The position numbers and the translations under genes were made by a program. Shown here piece by piece: positions 1-8,836 of a stretch of 64,000 nucleotides of DNA (its first letter is position 1; every line of letters begins with the position of its first letter). The stretch spans positions 1,174,270 through 1,238,269 of the forward strand of contig CAVQXT010000007.1 in NCBI GenBank assembly GCA_963717945.1, read 5' to 3'. The notes under the pieces are model-generated. The model did no database searches and had not been told where the DNA came from. It saw only the letters and a list, made by a program, of their open reading frames with translations. The stretch is from an uncultured Acidobacteriota bacterium (GTDB lineage Bacteria > Acidobacteriota > Vicinamibacteria > Vicinamibacterales > Fen-181).

Positions 1-556
1 TCGCGAGGTAGTCGGCCCAGATGTACGTCGTGCCGGAGCCGTCCGACCGGTGGACCACCACGATGTCACTGCCCGGCAGGGTGACGCCAGGGTTCAACTT
101 GGTGATGGCGGGGTCGTTCCACTTCGTGATCTTCCCCATGAAGATGTCGGCCAGCACCGGCCCGGTGAACTTCAGCTCCGCGCTCACGCCCTCGATGTTG
201 TACACGGGGACCACCCCGCCGAGCACCGTCGGGAAGTGGAGGATGGCGCCGGGCGCGGCGGCGAGCTGTTCGTTGGTCATCGGCCCGTCGGTCGCGCCGA
301 AGAACACCGTCTGGGCGGTCATCTGCCGGATGCCGCCGCCCGAGCCGATGCCCTGGTAGTTGATCTGCACGTTGGGGTGCAGCTTGTTGTACTCGCTGAA
401 CCACTTGGTGTAGATGGGCTCGGGGAACGTCGCCCCGGCCCCGCTGATCTGCTGGGCCTGCGCGAGCGCGGGGATGCCGAGGAGTCCGGCGGTCAAGAGA
501 ACCGACGCGGCGCGGAGCACCGCGCGGCGACGAACGAGGCTGAAATCGAAGCTCAT
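1..556 (-). CDS. pstS: phosphate ABC transporter substrate-binding protein PstS (C-terminal part lies beyond the window start)
   Basis: Absent from the ORF track because it is open at the window edge. My minus-strand translation from ATG 556-554 gives MSFDFSLVRRRAVLRAASVLLTAGLLGIPALAQAQQISGAGATFPEPIYTKWFSEYNKLHPNVQINYQGIGSGGGIRQMTAQTVFFGATDGPM..., i.e. a signal peptide followed by PstS signatures (SGAGATFP, YQGIGSGGG). A GGAGA Shine-Dalgarno lies upstream. Confidence 0.9.
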   Translation of the reverse strand, partial: MSFDFSLVRRRAVLRAASVLLTAGLLGIPALAQAQQISGAGATFPEPIYTKWFSEYNKLHPNVQINYQGIGSGGGIRQMTAQTVFFGATDGPMTNEQLAAAPGAILHFPTVLGGVVPVYNIEGVSAELKFTGPVLADIFMGKITKWNDPAITKLNPGVTLPGSDIVVVHRSDGSGTTYIWADYLA

Positions 557-569
557 GGTTCGATGTCTC

Positions 570-1745
570 CTAGAAGTTGATCAGGGTGTGCACGTAGAAC
601 TTCCTTGCCGTGGGCTTGCCCGGCGTCCACCCGGTGTACGTCGTGCTGTCCACGTCGAAGAGAATGGCGGCCGACACGCTGCCCTCGTGCGGGAACCAGT
701 AGGCCACGCCGCCGATCCACCGCGCCTCCAGGCCGTCAGGCGACGTGATCGTCGTCCCCCCGCTCACCGCGCCCCCGGGCTTCATGTGGTCGTAGCGGAC
801 GAGCGCCTCGATCGACGAGCCGTTGGCGTACACCTTTTTCGGCGTGGCCCAGACCGCGATGCCGGTGCCCTTGAGCGTTGGGTTCAGATCCACGCCGTCG
901 GTGAGGGCGGACGACGCCTTGTCGGAGGTCTTCAGGTAATCGACGCCGACGTTGACGTAAGGGTGCTCGTAGGAGGTCTGGAGGACGTAGCGTCTCCTCT
1001 CGGCGTCCTGCATGTAGTTGTCGACGTCGGCGAACCCCGTCAGGCGCCAGCCCTTCAGCAGCGGCTGCCTTGGAAGGGGGCGGAAGCTCAGCCGCGCCAT
1101 GAGGGCCTTCTGGTTGTTCGATTCGGCCTTGGAGTAGCTCTCACCGTTGTAGTAGCCCACGTGGAAGTCGCCGTAGTTGTTCGGCAGCGCGCTGTGGAAG
1201 CTGACGCCGAAGTCGGACGAGGAAAGGTAGCCCTCGCGGTCGGCGAAGGTCGGGCCTTGGAACCGGTAACGGTATACGCCCTCGGTGTAGTCGATGAAGG
1301 GCGTCTGCTGAAGCCCTATCCGGACCCACGACCCCTTGGGGAGCCAGTCGTCGAGGTTGACCTGGGCGAAAGCGTACTTCAGCCGGAAGGTCAGGCTCCC
1401 GCTGAGCGAGCTGCCCGCGCCGCTCTCGCGCGTCACGTCGGGCGTGATGCGGAAGGCGATCAGGTGCGAGACGTTGCCCGTGATGTTGATGTAGGCGCGG
1501 CTCACGTTGAAGGAACTCGGGTTGATGATGTTCCCGGCCGCGTCTGTGGAGGTCGGCTGCGACTGGTAGGTGTAGTCGGAGAAGATGGTCGCGCCGACCT
1601 TGACCGAAGGGGTATCGTTCGGCGGGGTGTAGCCGGCGGCCGGCGTCACCTGGGCGACGGCGGCCGGGGCGGTCGCAAACAGCATGGCGCCGGCCAGGGT
1701 GGCGGCGCACCAGCGAGAGCAGCGGGCAAACAATGCGTGGTCCAT
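570..1745 (-). CDS. outer-membrane beta-barrel porin, probably a phosphate-selective OprO/OprP-like porin
   Basis: 391-aa ORF with a signal peptide (..ATAPAAVAQ), alternating beta-strand pattern, many aromatic/Gly residues and a C-terminal ...VHTLINF ending in Phe. It sits immediately upstream of pstS. Confidence 0.75.
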   Translation of the reverse strand: MDHALFARCSRWCAATLAGAMLFATAPAAVAQVTPAAGYTPPNDTPSVKVGATIFSDYTYQSQPTSTDAAGNIINPSSFNVSRAYINITGNVSHLIAFRITPDVTRESGAGSSLSGSLTFRLKYAFAQVNLDDWLPKGSWVRIGLQQTPFIDYTEGVYRYRFQGPTFADREGYLSSSDFGVSFHSALPNNYGDFHVGYYNGESYSKAESNNQKALMARLSFRPLPRQPLLKGWRLTGFADVDNYMQDAERRRYVLQTSYEHPYVNVGVDYLKTSDKASSALTDGVDLNPTLKGTGIAVWATPKKVYANGSSIEALVRYDHMKPGGAVSGGTTITSPDGLEARWIGGVAYWFPHEGSVSAAILFDVDSTTYTGWTPGKPTARKFYVHTLINF

Positions 1746-1837
1746 CTGGCCTCAAACTCCTTTGTGTGGCGCGGCGCGGCGCGCCGGCACTTGGACCCCA
1801 GCATATGGGCCGCCTGTGTCGGCCAGGGAACAGCGAT

Positions 1838-1853
1838 GTTACCTGCCGGTTAA
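1838..1853 (-). promoter_or_regulatory. possible Pho-box-like direct repeat upstream of the porin-pstS genes
   Basis: The + strand reads GTTACctgccgGTTAA, two pentamers 11 nt apart (one helical turn), about 90 nt upstream of the porin start. Suggested only by position and by the Pho-regulon neighbours. Confidence 0.2.
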
Positions 1854-1880
1854 TTCTGCGGGCCCTGGCGGAGGGGAGGG

Positions 1881-3489
1881 CTACCGCCGCGCGCGACGAC
1901 GGCCGGGCGCAGCGCGGGGGGGCGAGGAGGCCCCGACCGGTTCCGCGTGATCTTCGTCGAGGACTTCGATGGCGATCGTTGTGCCGAGGACCTTCTCGAG
2001 GGGAGCCAGGTGGCGCGACGCGGCCCAGCGCTCGAGTTCGGCAGGGCCATGGGAACGCAGGATCAGGCGGCAACCGCGATCGGCGAGCTGAAGCTCCACC
2101 CGGTCGACGACCTGGCCGTGGCTGCGATCCAGGCTCTCGGCGACGCGCAAGATCGCCGCGCCCGCGCGCACCGCCCGCCGCGCCGGCGCGGGCAGCGACA
2201 TCAACGACCCGTTCGACTTCTTCAGGCGGCCCCGGCGATGGGACAGGGCGAGCAGGGCGATCGCCTCGACGTCCTCCGGCTCGAACCCGCGAAGACCGCC
2301 CTCGCGGATGAGATAGTACCGAGTGCTTGTGATGGTTCAGATACGAAATGTGGCCGCCGATGTCGTGCAGCAGCGCCGCGTATTCGAGCCATTCGCGGGC
2401 ACGGTCCCCCAGGCGATGAATGCCGCGGCTCTGGTCGAACAGCGACAGCGCCAGCCGAGCGACGTGCTCGGCGTGTTCGGGGTACCAGCGGCACCGCTCG
2501 CCGAGCTCGACCACGCTGCGCCGCCGGATGTCGGGATATCGCTCGACGCGGGCGATCTTCTTGTGGTTCCGGTCGATGAAATCCAGAATCAGGCCTTCGC
2601 GCAGCGCGAGGTCGGACAGCGTGATCTCCTTGGCGCCGAGGAGCCGGATCACGGTATCGAGCAGGATCGCGCCCGCCACCACGAGGTCGGTGCGGCGCGA
2701 GTCGAGCCCCGGCAGCCGAAGACGGTGCCGCATGTCGAGGCCGACCACCTGTTTGCGGACCTTGTGCACCGCCTTGGCGGGGATCCGGGTGTGGTGAATG
2801 GTGTCGCTGTCGAACAGGCGGCGCCCCGCGACGACGATCTCTCCAAGGCTGAGGCTGGTCCCCGACGTGGCAATCACCCGCGTGAATCCGGCCGACTTCA
2901 CCTGCCTGGCGAACGACTGGAATTCCGATCGGACGTGCTTGACGATCTTCCGTTCGTCGCCCTTCGACAGGGGGTCGGTCGTCACGTACCGGTCGGTGAG
3001 CCGGATGACGCCCAGCGGAAAGCTGCGGGCGAGGTGCGCCGCGGCGGCCGTGCCGAGGGTCACCTCCATCGACCCTCCGCCGATGTCCACGACGACGGTG
3101 GTCCCGTTGGCGGCGTCCACGCCGTAGACGGCGGCCTTGTGAATGAGCCGGGCCTCCTCGATGCCCGAGATGACGCGCGGCCTGATCCCGGTGCGCTCGG
3201 CGACGGCCGCCAGGAACTCGCCGCCATTGCGGGCTTCGCGCACGCCGCTGGTGGCCGCCGCCAGGATCTCGTCCACCTGCCGCGACTCGGCGAGTTGCTT
3301 GAAGCGGCTCAACGTCTCGATGGCCGTTTCCACCGCCGCGGGCGCCAGCATGCGCCCGCCAAGGCCGCCGGCGCCGAGCCGGACCATCTCTTTCTCCCGG
3401 TCCACGACCTCGAAGGACAAGTCCGCCTTTACCTGGGCCACGATCATGTGGATCGAATTGGTGCCGATGTCGATGGCGGCAAGGCGCAT
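1881..3489 (-). pseudogene. ppx: exopolyphosphatase Ppx/GppA family, reading frame broken by one extra nucleotide at about 2319 (true pseudogene or sequencing indel)
   Basis: The N-terminal frame (ORF 1141..3489) reads MRLAAIDIGTNSIHMIV...DIGGGSMEV...LLHDIGGHISYLNHHKHS and then becomes nonsense. Shifting one nt gives YYLIREGGLRGFEPEDVEAIALLALSHRRGRLKKS...AILRVAESLDRSHGQVV..., which is continuous with ORF 1881..2204 and stops at 1881. Confidence 0.85.
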
Positions 3490-3593
3490 GGGTGACGGGT
3501 CCCGCCCGGCGCGGCTCGGCTACCGGGCTGCCGCCATGTTACCCTAACGCTGGGCGGGCCGGGACTCTCGGTTGTCCGCGGTCCCCGCGGAGG

Positions 3594-4595
3594 ATGATGA
3601 GAATTCCGGCGGTGCAGCGCGCCCTGGAGCGCCGCGTTCGCGCCCTCGAGCGTGACCTCCCGGCTGCGCTCGGAGGCGACGTCGAAGCGCTGCATCGCTC
3701 GCGCGTGGCCTCGCGCCGGCTGCGCGAGATCCTGCCGGTGCTCGGCCTCGAGCGCGGCGCGGGCCGCCAGGCTCCCGTCCGGAAGCTCCAGCGCCGCCTG
3801 CAATTTCTCACCTCGGCCCTTGGCGGGGTCAGGGAGCTGGACGTCTCCCTCGGCATCCTCGACCAGCTCCGACACGGTTATCCGGACCTCGACCAAGTCC
3901 TCGGGCGCGTCAGGTCAGCCATCGACGCCGAGCGCCGCGAGTCCCAGCAGGACATGGTGAGGCAGGTCGAGGAGGCTCAGGCCGTCGCCATGCTGGAGGA
4001 CCTTTCGAGGCTGGTCTCGGCCGCCGGCCGTACGTCGCGCGAGACGCGCGCGACGCTGCTGAGGCGACGCCTTTCGCGCCGAACCGACAGGCTCGATGCG
4101 GCCGTGGCGGAAGCCGGCTCGTTGTTCGCCTTCGATCGGCTCCACCAGGTGCGGATCGCGGCCAAGAAGCTCAGGTACGTGCTCGAGCTGGTTCACGAGT
4201 TCGGCCGGGTCCCGACGCGTCGGTTCGCGGGCGTGCTCAAACAGTTCCAGGATCTGCTCGGCCGGCTCCACGACCTGGAGGTGGTGGCCGGCGACATCCA
4301 GCGCGAGCGCGGCGCGGAAGCGCGGCGGCACGCCGCCGAGTTCGACCGCGTCACCAGCCTGCTCGAGCGCGAGATGCGCGAGTTGCACGCGAGCTATCTG
4401 GCGCGCGTCCACCTGCTTGCTCCCGTCATCTCGGGTTGTCGTGGGGAAGTCGGCCGGCGACTGGGGAGCGCCGGGGGCGGCGCGCCCGCACGAAGGAGGC
4501 AGCCATGGCCGCCAGCTACAGCCTTTACATCGTCCGACACGCCATCGCGGCGGAGCGCGGCCCGGAGTACCCGGACGACACGCAGCGCCCGCTGA
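3594..4595 (+). CDS. CHAD domain-containing protein (polyphosphate-associated)
   Basis: Alpha-helical, Arg/Leu-rich ORF with HRSRVASRRLREIL... and HQVRIAAKKLRYVLEL motifs typical of CHAD. Start taken at MMRIPAV after a GGAGG. The last 91 nt overlap sixA, so the true 3' end is uncertain. Confidence 0.75.
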   Translation: MMRIPAVQRALERRVRALERDLPAALGGDVEALHRSRVASRRLREILPVLGLERGAGRQAPVRKLQRRLQFLTSALGGVRELDVSLGILDQLRHGYPDLDQVLGRVRSAIDAERRESQQDMVRQVEEAQAVAMLEDLSRLVSAAGRTSRETRATLLRRRLSRRTDRLDAAVAEAGSLFAFDRLHQVRIAAKKLRYVLELVHEFGRVPTRRFAGVLKQFQDLLGRLHDLEVVAGDIQRERGAEARRHAAEFDRVTSLLEREMRELHASYLARVHLLAPVISGCRGEVGRRLGSAGGGAPARRRQPWPPATAFTSSDTPSRRSAARSTRTTRSAR

Positions 4596-5017
4596 CCGAT
4601 GACGGCATCTCGCGATTCCGAAAAGTCGTCGCCGGGTTGGGTGACCTCGATGTCGAGGTCGATCTGATCCTGACGAGCCCGCTGCTGCGGGCCCGGCAGA
4701 CCGCCGACCTGCTGTCGAAGGGCCTCAGCGGACATCCGTCCGTCGTCGAAACCGGCGCGCTGTCGCCGGACGCCGCCTACAAGGACCTGACGTCCGAGCT
4801 CCGCCGGCACGCCCGGAGGAGCAGCGTGGCGCTGGTCGGCCACGAGCCCTCGCTCGGCGAAATCGCGGCGCGGCTGGTGGGCTGCCCGGGTCGATTCGAC
4901 TTCCGCAAGGGCGGCGTGTGCCGGATCGACGTCACCCGTCTCCCGCCAACCGTCCCGGGTCACCTGCAGTGGTTCGCGCCTCCCAGGATGCTCGTCCGGG
5001 TCCGCGGACCGCGATAA
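4505..5017 (+). CDS. sixA: phosphohistidine phosphatase SixA
   Basis: MAASYSLYIVRHAIAAERG... (RHA catalytic motif) ...LVGHEPSLGEIAARL. GAAGGAGG Shine-Dalgarno lies upstream of ATG 4505. Confidence 0.85.
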   Translation: MAASYSLYIVRHAIAAERGPEYPDDTQRPLTDDGISRFRKVVAGLGDLDVEVDLILTSPLLRARQTADLLSKGLSGHPSVVETGALSPDAAYKDLTSELRRHARRSSVALVGHEPSLGEIAARLVGCPGRFDFRKGGVCRIDVTRLPPTVPGHLQWFAPPRMLVRVRGPR

Positions 5018-5145
5018 CCAGGCAACGGGGCGCCGGGGCGCCCCGCGCATCGATCCGGCAGCCCATTGAGGCTATACTGCTGGCGAGCCCCTATTGGTGG
5101 TGTACGGTGGTGCCCGGTCCTCAGGCGTCAGTGGAAGGTATCCGA

Positions 5146-6585
5146 ATGGATAACGGCGGTTCCCAGCGGCCTCGCGTCTATTTGCCCGACACCAACGTCC
5201 TCATCAACGACCCGGATTCCCTCACCAAGCTCGCCCGTGGGAACATGGTGGTCGTGCCCTACCCGGTCGTCCGCGAGCTCGATCAGCTCAAGGACAGCCT
5301 GAACGGTGTCGGGATGGCCGCGCGCCGCGTGGCCCGGATGCTCGACACCTTCCAGGAGGGGAAGCCCTTCGCCGCGCTCTCCAAGGGCATCGCGATGCCC
5401 GAGGGCGGGTGCCTGGTCTTCGACGACAACCTCGTGCCGTCCGACGATGCGTGGGACGGGTTCGACCCGCGCAACAGCGACGACCGGATCATCTCGATCG
5501 CGCGCAAGTGGACGCGCAACCGGCCCGACGCGCGCGTGAGCCTGGTCACCCGCGACGTGGCCATGCGCGTGAAAGCGCGGCCGCTCGGCGTCGACGCCGA
5601 GGACTATCGCGACGACAAGAAAATCTCGTCGGTCGACGAGCTGTACCCCGGCGCGGCGGCGATCACGATCCCCGACGGCTACCACGGGCTGCTGACCGAC
5701 CTTCACCGCGAGTCGCGGCTCGAGGCGTCGCGCGTGCTGAGCGTGTCGTCGAGCATCACGCTCCTCGCCAACCAGTGCTGCACGATCGCGACCGAGTCGA
5801 GCGGCAAGGTCGCGCTCGCGATCTACAAGGCGGGCCCGCCAGCCTACTTCCGGCTCGTGCGCAAGCCGGAGACCGAGCGCGGCATCGCGCCGATGAACGC
5901 GGAGCAGCAGTTCGCCCTCGCGCTCCTCTCCGACCCCGACATCCTGCTGGTCACGCTGGTCGGCCGGGCCGGATCCGGCAAGACCCTGATGGCGCTGCTC
6001 GCCGGCTACCTCCAGCTCCGGGAGAGCTACGGCCACCTGCTGATCTACCGGCCGAACATCGAGATCGGCCAGTCGCTCGGTTACCTGCCCGGGTCGCTCG
6101 AGGAGAAGTTCGCGCCGTGGACGCGGCCGGTCTTCGACAACCTGGAGCTGGTGCTCCGCGGGCAGTCACGCACGGGGATGTCGATGGGGCTCGAGGAGCG
6201 CGCCAAGGGCGGCCGCGAGGGGAAGAAGGAGGAGGGTGGGCGGCATCACCTCGACCTCCAGGAGCTGCTGGCGCGCGAGATCGTCGAGATCGCCCCGATC
6301 TCGCACCTCCGCGGGCGCAGCATCCACGACGCGTTCATCATCGCGGACGAGGCGCAGAACATGAACCACCACGAGGTGAAGACGCTGCTGACCCGCTCGG
6401 GCCAGGGCACCAAGATCGTCTTCACCGGCGACCCCGACCAGGTGGACCTGCCCGACTCCAGCTCGATCACCAACGGCCTGATTCACCTGGTCGAGCGGTT
6501 CAAGGGGCAGGAAGAATTCGGTCACATCACGATGACCACCACCGTCAGGTCGCGCCTGGCGGCGCTGGCGGCCAACCTGCTCTAG
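5146..6585 (+). CDS. PhoH2-type protein: N-terminal PIN domain fused to a PhoH-like ATPase
   Basis: PIN start (VYLPDTNVLINDP...DDRIISIA), Walker A (GRAGSGKT), Walker B (IIADEAQN), then VFTGDPDQVD. Start at MDNGG after GGAAGG. Confidence 0.9.
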   Translation: MDNGGSQRPRVYLPDTNVLINDPDSLTKLARGNMVVVPYPVVRELDQLKDSLNGVGMAARRVARMLDTFQEGKPFAALSKGIAMPEGGCLVFDDNLVPSDDAWDGFDPRNSDDRIISIARKWTRNRPDARVSLVTRDVAMRVKARPLGVDAEDYRDDKKISSVDELYPGAAAITIPDGYHGLLTDLHRESRLEASRVLSVSSSITLLANQCCTIATESSGKVALAIYKAGPPAYFRLVRKPETERGIAPMNAEQQFALALLSDPDILLVTLVGRAGSGKTLMALLAGYLQLRESYGHLLIYRPNIEIGQSLGYLPGSLEEKFAPWTRPVFDNLELVLRGQSRTGMSMGLEERAKGGREGKKEEGGRHHLDLQELLAREIVEIAPISHLRGRSIHDAFIIADEAQNMNHHEVKTLLTRSGQGTKIVFTGDPDQVDLPDSSSITNGLIHLVERFKGQEEFGHITMTTTVRSRLAALAANLL

Positions 6586-6588
6586 ATC

Positions 6589-6656
6589 GGATAGCGCAGG
6601 CCTGAAGGCCTGCGGTATCCGTAAAGAGGGGATAGCGCGGGGCTTCAGCCCTGCGT
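6589..6656. repeat. pair of REP-like palindromic hairpins (GATAGCGCAGGCC-TGAA-GGCCTGCGGTATC and GATAGCGCGGGGC-TTCA-GCCCTGCG)
   Basis: Read directly between the convergent phoH2 and spermidine-synthase-like genes. The same motif recurs at 13857, 47052, 62142 and 62191. Confidence 0.7.
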
Positions 6657-6663
6657 CGTCCGC

Positions 6664-8824
6664 CTACACGAGCAGGAGCGCGGCGAGGCCGAGAAAGACG
6701 ACGGTCCATGCCGTCGGGGCGAGGCCGGCCATCGGCACCAGCACGAGACTCGCCAGCAGTGAGCCCACGGCGCCGCCGGCGAGATCGGCGCCGTACAGCC
6801 GGCCGACCGCGCCGCCACTCCGATCGCCAGACGCCGCGGCCGCGCAGGCAAACACCCCCCCTACCGCCGCGCCTCCTGCGAGCAACACGGCGCTCGTGAC
6901 CGTCAGCCCCATCGGGGATCCGCTCGCAATCAGTCGCGCCGTCACCGCGCCGACCGCCGCGAGCGCGGCCAGCAGCGCGACCGTCGTCCGGCCGATGACG
7001 GCGGCGCGGCGATCGGGCGCCGCGATCCGCGCCACGAGCCATGCGCCGGCGGTGAGGCCCGCCATGAAGGCCATCAGCAGCACGCCGAGCCGTTCGTAGA
7101 GCGCCCCGCTCCGCGCCTGGTAGGTCAGGAGCAGCACGGTTTCGAGCAGCATCCCGGCGAGCCCCGCGAAGCCGGCCAGCAGGGTCGTGCGCAGGGTCGC
7201 GTGCCGGCGGGCCAGCAGCATCAGAATGACCAGGAACACCGGGCCGATGTAGCGCGGATCGCGGATCAGTGCCGGTTCGGCGCGGGAGCTGGCGCCGACG
7301 GCCCGGTCCGCGGAGGAGCGAGCGAGGCCGGTCGTCAGGATCGTCGGGTCGGCGCGGAGCAGGTCCGGATAGAACTTCGCCAGCCAGTTGACGGCGGCAA
7401 ACGGGTAACAGGCCGGCCTGGCGTCCGAGTTCGGCGCCACCGCGAGCGACGCGAGCCGGGCCAGCGCGGGACGGCGGTCGTTCTCGTACAGGTAGCGAAG
7501 GTAGGCCGGCGTGACCAGCCTGGTCGTCAGCCCGCGGGCGTGCCAGCGGTCGATGAGGACGTCGGGTCCGGCCGCGAGCGGGGCAGTCGAGGCGAAGACG
7601 AGCGCGCTCGCGCCCTGCAGGAGTTCGACGTGCGGGAAGGCGGAGCGCACGGCCGCCGCGATGCTCGCCGTTCTCAGGGCGAGCAGCGGCGTGATCACGT
7701 TCTCTGGCAGCGCGAGCCTGAAGGCCAGGACGCCGGCCGGGGCCAGGCGGCGCCGGCACTCGGCGAAGAACTCGGCCGTGTAGAAGCGGTTCGACTGGCC
7801 CGAGGTCGGCTCGGGCATCGCGACGACGATCAGGTCGTAGGTCCCGTCCCGCCGCAGAAAGCCGCGCGGGTCGTCGAAGATCGGCTTCGAGCCGAGGCGC
7901 AGGCGCCTGTCGGCCAGTTCGAAGAAGACGCGGTCCATCTCCACGCTGTCGATCCGCTCGGGACGATGATGCGCGAGTTCGGACGCCAGCCGCTCGACCG
8001 ACCCGCCGAGCAGCAGGACGCGGCGGGGGGCCGGGTGCTGAAGCGCCGCCACGTCGGCCAGTTCCTCCTGTTGCGCCGACTCGCTCTCGAACGTCAGCAC
8101 GTCGTCGGCAAAGAGGGCGGTCTGGGTTCCGCTCACGCTGGCGGTGATCCGCGCGTACCGGCGAATCGCGGGTCTCGACCGCCGACGGGTGCGTCCACCG
8201 CGTCATCGCGAGGTCGAGGTCGGAAGAGAGAGGAGCGACGAGCAGCGTGGCGATCAGGCAGGCAGAGCCGGCGAGGGGCTTGCGAAGCGTCATGAAGAGG
8301 AGGGCCGCGGCGACCAGTCCGGCCGCCAGGAGGCCGACCGCGAGCGTCTGGACACCCGAGACCAGAGCGATGGTCGCGGCGGTGGCCCCGACCACCGCGC
8401 CCGCGCTCTCGATGGCGTAGCAGGAGGCGAGCGAGCGCCCGTGCAGCGCCGCCGCCTCGGCCGCGCGCCTGAAGGCAAGTCCCAGCACGAACGACACGGG
8501 AGCGAGTGACGCGGCCAGGACGAACAGCTGCCGGCCGAAGGGCAGGAACGCCCCGGGCACCCCGCCGAGCAGGAGACGGCTGGCTCGAACGAGCGCGACA
8601 TCGGCAGGAAGCGCGAGCGAGACGGCGACCAGCAGCCACGCCACGTGCGCGGCAGAGGCGACCCGCCCGCGGGATCGCCACGCCGCGCCGGCGCCGCCGG
8701 CGAGCATCCAGCCCGCGAGCGCCACGGCGTAGATGAGCTCCACACCGTAGAAGGCGACGTTCAGCTCGCGGAGCAGGACGATCTGGCAGAGGATGGCCAG
8801 CAGGCCGACGATGAAGAGCATCAT
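6664..8824 (-). pseudogene. fused polytopic-membrane/spermidine synthase-like protein, frame broken by one extra nucleotide at about 8158
   Basis: The N-terminal TM part comes from ORF 6545..8824 (MMLFIVGLLAILCQIVLLRELNVAFYG...MTRWTHPSAVETRDSP). After a +1 shift it continues as YARITASVSGTQTALFADDVLTFES...LLLGGSVERL...VVAMPEPTSGQSNRFYTAEFF (SpeE-like methyltransferase fold) plus C-terminal TM helices (ORF 6664..8136). Confidence 0.8.
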
Positions 8825-8836
8825 GACGCCGTCACT

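Noticed and set aside
414-1853. Long + strand ORF (479 aa) and many similar shadow ORFs (2323..3495 +, 8645..10483 +, 21117..23084 +, 26620..28647 +, 34692..37064 +, 41911..44472 -, 53005..55578 -, 23077..24696 -, 11956..13698 -)
   Set aside because: They lie antisense to genes with strong family signatures. Their composition is dominated by Arg/Gly/Pro/Ala/His with no motifs, which is typical of stop-free antisense frames in ~70% GC DNA.
1141-3489. 782-aa ORF as a single protein
   Set aside because: Only the first ~390 residues are Ppx-like. The rest is Arg/Pro/Gly-rich out-of-frame read-through that overlaps the porin gene. The real C-terminus is in another frame (1881..2204).
6545-8824. 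759-aa ORF as the complete spermidine-synthase-like protein
   Set aside because: After residue ~222 the sequence becomes Arg-rich nonsense. The conserved methyltransferase and C-terminal TM part are in the frame of ORF 6664..8136.
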